Shown here one piece after another: positions 9,982-18,278 of a stretch of DNA of 64,000 nt. Source of the stretch: Chloroflexota bacterium (GTDB lineage Bacteria; Chloroflexota; Anaerolineae; Aggregatilineales; Phototrophicaceae). The position numbers and the translations under genes are program-made. Under the pieces are notes generated by a model that was not told the DNA's origin, ran no database searches, and saw only the letters and a program-made list of their open reading frames with translations. Numbering within the stretch: the stretch's first letter is position 1; every line of letters begins with the position of its first letter. Location of the stretch: positions 882-64,881 of the forward strand of contig JAPOOU010000246.1 of the NCBI GenBank assembly GCA_026713245.1, read 5' to 3'.

Positions 9982-12750
9982 ATGCATGGCGAATTGATCG
10001 CCTTTGATCTGGAGACGACAGGCCTTGACGTCGCCACATGTGAAATAATCGAGATTGGCATAGCCAGATTCGATGGCGGGGAACTCATCGATAGTTATCA
10101 GACTTTTGTCAAGCCTTCAGGACCCATTCCAGTAGAAATCACCCATTTGACAGGTATTCACACGGAAGACGTCCAGCACGCGCCGCCAATCGAGGATATC
10201 CTGGACGAGCTCCAAGCCCAGTTTGGGAGCGCGCCAGTCATCGCTCACAACGCCGGCTTTGATGTTTCTTTCATGCACAAACACGGCTTGCTTGCGGATA
10301 ACGCTGTCATTGATACTTACGAGTTGGCTTCAATCGTGTTGCCCTCCGCCCCGCGCTATAATCTTGGCAGCCTGGCTACGGCTGCCGGAATCCAACTTAA
10401 GAACGCCCATCGCGCCCTGGACGACGCCATCGCCACCGGGCAACTATACTGGACCTTGTGGCAGAGGCTGCTGCGGCTGCCTGCCAAGATATTGGCCGAA
10501 ATCGCCAGCGCAGCCGGCGTAACGCCATGGGATCTCTTGCCCTTGTTCCAAGCGGCGCTTTCGGAATCGCTCCAGTCAGGAATGGACGGGCGAATAAACT
10601 CGCCTTTCTTCACGGAAGAGCCACCCGGAAAGCCGCTGAAACCCTCCCAGGCCTCCCACAGCAAAGTAGATGTTGACCAAGTCCGAAACATGTTTGAGAC
10701 AAGCGGCGATCTTGGACAGCGCCTGTCCGGCTACGAACCGCGCGAGCCGCAGGCGCAAATGGCCTGTCAAGTCGCAACTGCTCTGAACGAAGGCGAACAA
10801 GTATTGATCGAAGCCGGCACGGGCACCGGCAAGTCGCTGGCATATTTGATTCCGGCGGCGCATTGGGCAACGCGCAACGATCAACGCGTCGTGGTCTCGA
10901 CCCATACGATCAATTTGCAGGAGCAGTTGTTAAAGAAAGATATGCCGATTGTTCACGATATAGTCAATCGCGAATTGCAGGCGTCCATTATGAAAGGACG
11001 CGGCAACTATCTCTGTCCGCGCCGACTTGATACATTGCGCCGGCGCAAGCCAGCGAACCTGGAAGAATTGCGTACGCTGGCCAAGGTCCTCGTCTGGATG
11101 CAGAATGGTTGCAGCGGGGATCGCGGGGACTTGAGCCTGAGAGCCGGCGAGTGGAATACCTGGACGCGCCTGAGCGCCCAAGACGAAGATTGCACGACGT
11201 TTCGATGCGCTTCGGAAATGAACGGCGTCTGCCCGTACTATAGAGCGCGCCGCCGTGCGGAAACAGCTCATATTTTGATTACGAATCACGCTCTTCTGAT
11301 TGCGGACGCCAATATCGAAAATCGCGTACTGCCTGAATACTTGAACCTGATTGTTGACGAGGCGCATCATCTTGAAGACGCGATCACAGACGGACTCAGC
11401 CGACGAATAGACGAAAAACTAATACTTGCACTACTGCGGGAAATCGGCGCCGGAAGAAGCAGCACATTGAGAGAATTGCTGTCCGCTGCAAGAACCACCG
11501 TCCCGGCGCCAGACCTCGCCAGGCTTGATCGCTTTGTCGAAAATACGGTGGACACGCTGGGTATCATGAATGCCAAGGTGCGCAAGTACTTTCGCGCATT
11601 GTATGATTTTGCCGTCAGTCACGACCGTGGCGGCCGTTATCAAATGCGCCTGCTGAACTCGCATCGCGATTCCGGAAGTTTCGCGAACGCGCAAACCGCC
11701 TGGAAGCAACTCGCCGAATACTTTCTGGCGGTTGCCGACGCCTTGGGTCATTTGGCGCGCGCCTTGCCGCGTTACGAACAATACCGGATCCCTGATTTTG
11801 ATGACTACCGAGGTGAAATTCGTTCGCACCTGCATTTTTTGAATGCCTTGCACGATCAACTCGAACACTTCACCTTCGACCCAGATAGCAACATGGTGTA
11901 TTCCGTCACGCCCGGCGACAAAGCGGAAAGGTTGCGTATCCACATTTCTCCACTGCATGTAGGACCCTTGATGGAAGAGTTCCTGAATCAGCGGAAAGAG
12001 AGCATCATCCTGACGGGCGCTACCTTAAGGACACAGGGCAATTTCGATCACATTAAGGAGCGTCTATATGCGGATCATTACGAGACGGTGGCCTTAGGGT
12101 CGCCATTTGATTACATGCGATCGACACTCGTGTACGTTCCGGATGACATACCGGAACCGAGCCAGCGCAGCGCCTATCAAAAAATGGTAGAACGCGGCAT
12201 CGTTGAGCTCGCCGCAGAATTGGAAGGTCGCGTTCTGGTGCTATTTACCAGTTACGCGCAATTGCGCGAGACATCGAGGGCGATCACGCCCAGGCTAAAA
12301 CTGGGTGACATCGTCGTCTACGATCAGAGTTTCGGCACGAGTCGCGACGCGCTCTTACAAAGCTTCAAGTCGGCAAAACGCGCCGTGCTTATGGGTACGA
12401 GAAGTTTTTGGGAAGGTATCGATATACCAGGCGAAGATCTAAGCGCAGTCGTCATTGCGCGGCTGCCATTCGCCGTACCGACCGATCCGATCTTCTCGGC
12501 GCGCTCGGAGGCATACGAAAACGCCTTTCCGCAATATGCCGTACCGGACGCTATACTCCGTTTTCGGCAAGGGTTCGGGCGTTTGATCCGCAGCAGTAGT
12601 GATCGCGGCATCGTTGCCATATTTGACAAACGGGTCATCAGCAAGAAATATGGGGCCAGCTTTCTTGAATCGCTGCCAGAATGCACAATGAGATATGGCT
12701 CCCTGGATAACTTGCCGCAGACTGCGAGGCAATGGCTTAGCCGTATTTGA
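9982..12750 (+). CDS. dinG: DinG-family ATP-dependent helicase fused to an N-terminal DnaQ-like 3'-5' exonuclease domain
   Basis: Exo motifs (IAFDLETTGL, HNAGFDVSF, HRALDDA). Walker A AGTGTGKS, DEAH box VDEAHHLE, Cys cluster C-x58-C-x4-C-x7-C, C-terminal helicase motifs (FWEGID, QGFGRLIR). Confidence 0.87.
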   Translation: MHGELIAFDLETTGLDVATCEIIEIGIARFDGGELIDSYQTFVKPSGPIPVEITHLTGIHTEDVQHAPPIEDILDELQAQFGSAPVIAHNAGFDVSFMHKHGLLADNAVIDTYELASIVLPSAPRYNLGSLATAAGIQLKNAHRALDDAIATGQLYWTLWQRLLRLPAKILAEIASAAGVTPWDLLPLFQAALSESLQSGMDGRINSPFFTEEPPGKPLKPSQASHSKVDVDQVRNMFETSGDLGQRLSGYEPREPQAQMACQVATALNEGEQVLIEAGTGTGKSLAYLIPAAHWATRNDQRVVVSTHTINLQEQLLKKDMPIVHDIVNRELQASIMKGRGNYLCPRRLDTLRRRKPANLEELRTLAKVLVWMQNGCSGDRGDLSLRAGEWNTWTRLSAQDEDCTTFRCASEMNGVCPYYRARRRAETAHILITNHALLIADANIENRVLPEYLNLIVDEAHHLEDAITDGLSRRIDEKLILALLREIGAGRSSTLRELLSAARTTVPAPDLARLDRFVENTVDTLGIMNAKVRKYFRALYDFAVSHDRGGRYQMRLLNSHRDSGSFANAQTAWKQLAEYFLAVADALGHLARALPRYEQYRIPDFDDYRGEIRSHLHFLNALHDQLEHFTFDPDSNMVYSVTPGDKAERLRIHISPLHVGPLMEEFLNQRKESIILTGATLRTQGNFDHIKERLYADHYETVALGSPFDYMRSTLVYVPDDIPEPSQRSAYQKMVERGIVELAAELEGRVLVLFTSYAQLRETSRAITPRLKLGDIVVYDQSFGTSRDALLQSFKSAKRAVLMGTRSFWEGIDIPGEDLSAVVIARLPFAVPTDPIFSARSEAYENAFPQYAVPDAILRFRQGFGRLIRSSSDRGIVAIFDKRVISKKYGASFLESLPECTMRYGSLDNLPQTARQWLSRI

Positions 12751-12753
12751 GGG

Positions 12754-13107
12754 ATGCCTATGATTACCCCGGCCGGGCGCGAATGTCCGCATTATTATGC
12801 CGATTACAATCGACACACACGCGATGTAGAGGAGTGCCGCCTGGCAAAACAGAACCCGGGCTCGCTCGAATGGCATCCAAAAGATTGCGCCAAGTGCGCG
12901 GTCCCGGATATCCTTTTGGCGAACGCTAGCCGCGACACACAACTGACGCTTACGATTCGATCAGGATTGCTGGGATTAACGCGGCGCATAGAAGTCGAAG
13001 CAATCTGCTTGAAGAACGGAGAAAAAGTCGATCCCTATGTAGGTTGCCCGGACGATCATCCAGGCTTGGACATTTTCCGCAAAGCGCTGGAAAACGGCGA
13101 TGATTAA
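12754..13107 (+). CDS. Small Cys-containing hypothetical protein
   Basis: 117-aa ORF starting 3 nt after the dinG stop and overlapping the next gene by 8 nt. Cys residues at ECPHY, EECRL and DCAKC. No recognised family. Confidence 0.45.
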   Translation: MPMITPAGRECPHYYADYNRHTRDVEECRLAKQNPGSLEWHPKDCAKCAVPDILLANASRDTQLTLTIRSGLLGLTRRIEVEAICLKNGEKVDPYVGCPDDHPGLDIFRKALENGDD

Positions 13108-14257
13108 GGCAGTACTGCTTGACCTCGACAGTAGCGTTCCAGACCACTCGGGCCATCAGTTCGCCGCGGCCTACCGTCGCGCCTTCGCTCAGCGCCTGGA
13201 GGAACAAACAGGCGCCAAAAGCGCGGACGGCATCATCCACAGGGCAATTCAGAAGCTGAATGGCCGGCGCGACATAGTGTCCTCGAACGACGAGGTCATG
13301 ACATCGAGCATCGCCGCGGACGTGAATGCCTCGGTCAGTGACATTCAGCCGCTATATCAGTCCTCATTCGAGCAAACGCGCGGTGATGCCAGCGCTGCGC
13401 CAGATGCCCGGCAACTAGTGGAAACCCTGCTTGACCAAGGACTGGCAGTCGCCATCGTCGCCAATCCTATCTATCGGGAAGCCGCTATCGTTCAACGGCT
13501 GCAATGGGCTGGTCTCGGCGATTTCATCGCTTCGTTCGCTTTTCTTTGCGCCAGCGAGTATATGCACTTCGCCAAGGCTGATCCAGCGTTTTACGCCGAA
13601 CTGATCGCTCGCATCGGCATCGAGCCCGACGAAGCCCTACTGGTATGCGACAACCGGCAGAACGATTTTCTGCCTGCCGAAACGGTTGGACTTCACACCT
13701 GGCTGCTTGAAAACGGGCCCGCGCTAGGAGCTCTGCTTGAACATGTTCAAATTGCTGGGTGGCAGCATCGCTATAGTGGACGCCCGCTGCGGGAATCGAT
13801 GTTAAAGCCGCAGTTTTTGGGCAATCTAGGAGCCCTTTTTGGCCTATTGAGCGAAGTGAAAGAACACCAGTGGCATCAAAAGCCGGATCCATATGAATGG
13901 TCCATCGTACAAATACTTTGCCATTTGGCGGAAACGGAAACCTCAGTTCACCAAAAGCGGTTGCAAAAGATCTTGAACGTCGAGAATCCCTTTATTCGCG
14001 CGCTTCCCCCGCCGGGACCTGACATGCCAACCTGTAGTGATCGCCCCCGGGATGTAGCCGAGGACTTCAGAGAGAAGCGACTGTCCACTCTCGAACTGAT
14101 CGTGGAGACGGCGCCAGAGGACTGGCTGCGACCAGCCCGGCATAGTATTTTCGGGTTAACCAATTTGCTGGAAATGGCGTATTTCACGGCGCAGCACGAT
14201 CGGCTGCATATTTCACAGCTGTGCCAGACGCTTGGCAAGTGCGTGGATCCGGTCTAA
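13100..14257 (+). CDS. HAD-superfamily hydrolase fused to a C-terminal DinB/YfiT-like four-helix domain
   Basis: N-terminal IKAVLLDLDSS (HAD motif I-like) and LLVCDNRQND (motif IV-like). C-terminal WSIVQILCHLAETE...HDRLHISQL resembles DinB-family His motifs. Confidence 0.55.
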   Translation: MIKAVLLDLDSSVPDHSGHQFAAAYRRAFAQRLEEQTGAKSADGIIHRAIQKLNGRRDIVSSNDEVMTSSIAADVNASVSDIQPLYQSSFEQTRGDASAAPDARQLVETLLDQGLAVAIVANPIYREAAIVQRLQWAGLGDFIASFAFLCASEYMHFAKADPAFYAELIARIGIEPDEALLVCDNRQNDFLPAETVGLHTWLLENGPALGALLEHVQIAGWQHRYSGRPLRESMLKPQFLGNLGALFGLLSEVKEHQWHQKPDPYEWSIVQILCHLAETETSVHQKRLQKILNVENPFIRALPPPGPDMPTCSDRPRDVAEDFREKRLSTLELIVETAPEDWLRPARHSIFGLTNLLEMAYFTAQHDRLHISQLCQTLGKCVDPV

Positions 14258-14277
14258 CCCGCTCGTTCCCGCGAATG

Positions 14278-14311
14278 TTTGCAACGATAATTTCAATCAA
14301 TTCGTTGCAAA
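14278..14311. repeat. Perfect 10-bp inverted repeat (TTTGCAACGA-14 nt-TCGTTGCAAA)
   Basis: Read directly. Lies 20 nt after the HAD-DinB stop and about 55 nt upstream of the candidate polyprenyl synthase promoter. No U-tract follows. Confidence 0.6.
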
Positions 14312-14366
14312 AGCCATCAAAAGCAGGCAAACTCGCCATATCAAGCGCTGATGCCAGGCAAATTGC

Positions 14367-14394
14367 TTGACTGATTCCGTTCTTTTTGTACAAT
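14367..14394 (+). promoter_or_regulatory. Candidate sigma70-type promoter (TTGACT-16 nt-TACAAT)
   Basis: Hexamers read from the sequence, about 48 nt upstream of the ATG at 14442. Confidence 0.4.
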
Positions 14395-14441
14395 ACATTT
14401 AGATAGTACTGAAATTCACAATTGGTTACTTGGAGTCTGAC

Positions 14442-15398
14442 ATGACAGCTTGGGCGATGGATCAAGCAAGCCTTGGCGAGTTTGTCGATGCGGGACTGAC
14501 ATCGGTCGAAGAAGCCATGCATCAGGCGACGAGCAGCGAAGTAGAGGTCTTAAGAGACGCCAGCCGACATATTCTGAGCGCTGGAGGCAAACGGATTCGC
14601 CCGCGCCTCTTGCTACTATCCTATCTTGCATTGGGCGGCAACGACCTGGAGCTCGTGGCCAAGCCCGCTGCCGCTGTCGAGCTTATGCACACGGCAAGCG
14701 TGGTGCACGATGACATAAACGATCACGGAATCGTGCGGCGTGGACGACCGTCGGTGAATTCCATTTGGGGGCGCACGTTCGCGCTGTTGACCGGCGACTT
14801 TCTGTTCACCGCCGTCTACGAATTGATGGCGCCATATCAGGATCTTAATGTTGAGCTGGCCCGGGCAGCGACCGCCCTTGTTGAAGGAGAAACCCTCCAG
14901 GCAAGCGCCGTAAAAGACGACATTTTCACCCGCGACATCTACATGCGCATTATCGCTCTCAAGACCGCAGCGCTCTTCCGCGCAGCGGGAACTATCGGCG
15001 CCAAGCTGGCAAACGGCAGCAGCGACGCAGTTGCCGCGCTGTCCAACTTCGGCTTCAACCTGGGCATGGCCTTTCAAATAGTGGATGACATATTGGACCT
15101 CGTCGCCGACGAATCCACGCTTGGCAAATCTACCGGTATTGATCTCGAACAGGGACGGGGCGTCGCAGTCGCTTTGAATGATGCCGGAAAAAGTTCGGGC
15201 AACGGCAGCCATGTCATTGAAGATCCGATGGATCGCATCAAGCGTCGGTTGTTGGAAGGCAACACCATTGCCAAGGCGCGCGAACAAGCTGAATTGCTTG
15301 TGCAGGGCGCCATTATCCAGCTTTCAGTCATTCCCAATTCGCACTACAAAAATGAATTGGTCAATCTAGCCAATCTTGTCATCAAACGCGACTACTAG
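14442..15398 (+). CDS. Polyprenyl diphosphate synthase (trans-isoprenyl diphosphate synthase family)
   Basis: First and second Asp-rich motifs (VVHDDINDHG, FQIVDDILD). ATG at 14442 is preceded by GGAG; the track's start at 14430 is a TTG. Confidence 0.88.
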   Translation: MTAWAMDQASLGEFVDAGLTSVEEAMHQATSSEVEVLRDASRHILSAGGKRIRPRLLLLSYLALGGNDLELVAKPAAAVELMHTASVVHDDINDHGIVRRGRPSVNSIWGRTFALLTGDFLFTAVYELMAPYQDLNVELARAATALVEGETLQASAVKDDIFTRDIYMRIIALKTAALFRAAGTIGAKLANGSSDAVAALSNFGFNLGMAFQIVDDILDLVADESTLGKSTGIDLEQGRGVAVALNDAGKSSGNGSHVIEDPMDRIKRRLLEGNTIAKAREQAELLVQGAIIQLSVIPNSHYKNELVNLANLVIKRDY

Positions 15399-15583
15399 AA
15401 AGCGACATCGCTTCTGTTTACGTAAACCGCGTCGCTTATACGACGAGACACCTTACGATTCTGTGCGAGCGCGGCAGACCTATTCGCTGCCGCCGAGCGG
15501 CTCAATTGTCATGATTGCTTCAATGCGGTAGACAGGTCCAAGCGTCGAATCTCCAACTATTGCCGGATGGGCGGTGACCGCGC

Positions 15584-17194
15584 ATGAAGGTAGTTTCAGT
15601 CGAAAAAATGCGCCAGATTGAATCCTCGGTCGACGCCACGCTGTTCAGCTATGACCAGATGATGCTGAAGGCCGGCGGAGCAGCAGGCAGGCAGTTGCGG
15701 CGGCGAGTCGACATCGACGACGGAACCCGGGTCACCTTTCTGATCGGCAAGGGCAACAACGGCGGCGATGGATTGGTCATGGCGGTTGACATGGCGCGGC
15801 ATTCACCGGCTCAGATTCGCATTTACCTGCTACAGCCGCGACCTGAAAACGATGACGTTTTCCGCCGGGCTCTGGAAGCGGGACTTTTTGTCGCCAACGC
15901 GTCCGACGACCATGACCTCCGTTTGCTCAAGAGCCTGGTCACTAGCGCCGACGTGATAGTCGACGCCATCTTCGGTATCGGACTACGTCTGCCGCTGCGC
16001 GGGGTCGCCTCCAAAGTTTTGCGTGCCGTCAATCTGATGATGAACCGTTCCAAGTCGTCCAGGGCAGCCGGCGCGCAGACAAGCGACGCGCATGAGAAAA
16101 GCGTCCGACCCTTTGTCTTCGCCCTCGATTGCCCGAGCGGAGTCGATTGCGATACCGGGGAAGCGGACACTAATACGCTCTTGGCCGACGCAACCATTAC
16201 CTTTATCGCCGCCAAGCCTGGGCTGTTCACCTTTCCCGCCGCAAGATATGTAGGCGATCTCATCATTTCGCCGCTTGACATTCCCGAGTCCTTTCCGGCC
16301 TTGAATGCCATAAGCAAGTCTGTAATGGTCAAGGATAAGGCGCGGTCAATACTGCCTCCGCGGCCTCTCGATGGTCACAAGGGCAGCTTCGGCAAATTGA
16401 TGGTGGTCGCAGGCTCCCCAAACTACATCGGCGCGCTTGCCCTCTCTGCTGAAGCCGCCTATCGGGCGGGCACGGGGCTGGTAACAGTGGCCACGACCGG
16501 GGATCTGGTGCGCACCGTTGCCGGCCGCTTGCGCGAACCCACATACCTGGCGTTGCCGGATACCGATGGCGCTATCAACGAAGCGGCTGTCCACCCGATA
16601 GTTGAGCATTCACGGGGCTATGACGCTCTTCTTCTTGGATGCGGCCTTGGCAGACATCCTTCCACAAAGGCATTTGTTGAAAAACTGCTTGACGCAACGG
16701 TCCTGCCTTCGCTAGTTGTAGACGCCGATGCGCTCAACATTCTAAGCGAGATTCCATATTGGTGGAAGAAACTACCGGCGCAAACCATTATCACGCCTCA
16801 CGCCGGCGAGATGGCGCGATTGAGAAAATCATCTCCTGCCAAGGTAAACGCGAGTCGCTGGGAGCTCGCGGCTGGCGCGGCGGCCGACTGGAATCTGGTA
16901 GTCGTGCTAAAAGGCGCCCACACCTTGATTGCAGATCCGACCGGCATGGTATCGGTCATACCGTTCAAGACTGACGCCCTGGGTACCGCCGGCACTGGCG
17001 ACGTATTGGCGGGCGTGATCGCCGGCTTGCGCGCTCAGGGAGCGGCTGCATTCGATTCGGCAGGCTTGGGAGCTTACGCGCACGCGCTCGCGGGAACAAT
17101 CGCCGTCGACAGAGTCGGCAGCAGCCGCAGCGTCATCGCGGGCGATGTCTTGGAGGCTCTCGGGTGGGCCTTCAATCAGATAGAAGCCACCTGA
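15584..17194 (+). CDS. nnr: Bifunctional NAD(P)H-hydrate repair enzyme (epimerase plus ADP-dependent dehydratase)
   Basis: N-terminal YjeF_N (GKGNNGGDGLV) and C-terminal carbohydrate-kinase-like domain (HKGSFGKLMVVAGS..., GTAGTGDVLAGVIAG). Confidence 0.9.
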   Translation: MKVVSVEKMRQIESSVDATLFSYDQMMLKAGGAAGRQLRRRVDIDDGTRVTFLIGKGNNGGDGLVMAVDMARHSPAQIRIYLLQPRPENDDVFRRALEAGLFVANASDDHDLRLLKSLVTSADVIVDAIFGIGLRLPLRGVASKVLRAVNLMMNRSKSSRAAGAQTSDAHEKSVRPFVFALDCPSGVDCDTGEADTNTLLADATITFIAAKPGLFTFPAARYVGDLIISPLDIPESFPALNAISKSVMVKDKARSILPPRPLDGHKGSFGKLMVVAGSPNYIGALALSAEAAYRAGTGLVTVATTGDLVRTVAGRLREPTYLALPDTDGAINEAAVHPIVEHSRGYDALLLGCGLGRHPSTKAFVEKLLDATVLPSLVVDADALNILSEIPYWWKKLPAQTIITPHAGEMARLRKSSPAKVNASRWELAAGAAADWNLVVVLKGAHTLIADPTGMVSVIPFKTDALGTAGTGDVLAGVIAGLRAQGAAAFDSAGLGAYAHALAGTIAVDRVGSSRSVIAGDVLEALGWAFNQIEAT

Positions 17195-17421
17195 TTGTCT
17201 TCGTTCAGGCGCTGTCTGGCCTTCGCTTTGGCATCGCGCAGGCTGGCTTCAATTTCCAGTTCGAGGCTGCCGCCTCCAATCTGAGCGACATCTTTTCGCC
17301 GCACCGCGCCACTCTTGCCGATATGCGTGATCGCGTAGAGCGCCCCCAAGATCATTCCCAGCAGAATTGCCAAGCAAGTCACGTTTTGATCAAGCCCGAT
17401 ACTGTCACGAGACTTCGTCAT
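17176..17421 (-). CDS. YtxH-like small membrane/stress protein (tentative)
   Basis: 81 aa. LLGMILGALYAITHIGKSGAVRRKD resembles the YtxH hydrophobic helix plus (A/I)xKSG-x-x-R motif, followed by a coiled-coil-like tail. Overlaps the nnr 3' end convergently by 19 nt. Confidence 0.45.
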   Translation of the reverse strand: MTKSRDSIGLDQNVTCLAILLGMILGALYAITHIGKSGAVRRKDVAQIGGGSLELEIEASLRDAKAKARQRLNEDNQVASI

Positions 17422-17908
17422 CTTGCTCCTCGGGGGAATCTGACCGCAAGAGAGCGCGAATGCGAATTATCTCGCGCAGAAAGCCTAACAAGCCCGAAAT
17501 GAAGCTCTTTATCTGTATCAGGGGATCAACGCTGTTCTGGCTGACGAATTCGGCGGTTGCTTTAGTCAGTCGGGTAGTTTCTCTGGCGTTGTCAAGGATC
17601 GGCTTGATTTCGGTTTTCAGCATGATTATGAATCCGGCCGCCTGCAAGATCAATATTGCGAAAGCGGTTACGATCAAGACCGCTTCTACGACCACGATAA
17701 TAATCAGAACGTCCCGGAAAATCTGAACGAACGGCGCCCAGGTCTCCGCATCAGTAAGCGCGGCAACCAGCGCCAACGCAAGCAAAGCCAAAATCAAGAG
17801 TATGAGGATGGCGGCCGACAACTTGACTATCAGGGAAATGCTTCTGCCAGAGCTATTGCCGCTTTCGTCTGGCGGAGGCGATAAGCTGCCGTTGTCGTTT
17901 TCCGCCAT
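17405..17908 (-). CDS. Membrane protein, DUF948/YtxG-like (tentative)
   Basis: 167 aa with two long hydrophobic helices, then a helical segment (IKPILDNARETTRLTKATAEFVSQN) reminiscent of DUF948. Acidic tail. Confidence 0.4.
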   Translation of the reverse strand: MAENDNGSLSPPPDESGNSSGRSISLIVKLSAAILILLILALLALALVAALTDAETWAPFVQIFRDVLIIIVVVEAVLIVTAFAILILQAAGFIIMLKTEIKPILDNARETTRLTKATAEFVSQNSVDPLIQIKSFISGLLGFLREIIRIRALLRSDSPEEQDDEVS

Positions 17909-17911
17909 GGC

Positions 17912-18190
17912 TCAACGCCGCGTCACCCTGCCCTGCGTTTCGGTCGTAATCAGGTGCGAGAATATCAGAAACAGAAAGGCGCAGGCAGTAGCAGGCAGCA
18001 GATGGACGATGCCAATCCGAAACAGGTCAATCATCATGAAGTCGCCAATGTATTGACCAAGCAGGAAACCCACCCAACTTGTGGTGACAAACAAGACCAT
18101 GCGCCGAGCCGATCCACCCATCACGACATGGAAACCGAGACCGTACATGGTCGCAAGTACAAACCCGAACACAAACACGGGGTTGGGCAT
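17912..18190 (-). CDS. Small integral membrane protein (three predicted TM helices)
   Basis: 92-aa hydrophobic ORF ending 3 nt upstream of the next gene on the same strand. Confidence 0.4.
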   Translation of the reverse strand: MPNPVFVFGFVLATMYGLGFHVVMGGSARRMVLFVTTSWVGFLLGQYIGDFMMIDLFRIGIVHLLPATACAFLFLIFSHLITTETQGRVTRR

Positions 18191-18278
18191 TGTGGTTGCT
18201 ATTCAATCATCCAGTGGTAAAATCCAAGATTAGTGTAGCATAAAGCTACGGTACAGTCACGTCTTGAAGGCGCGAAAG

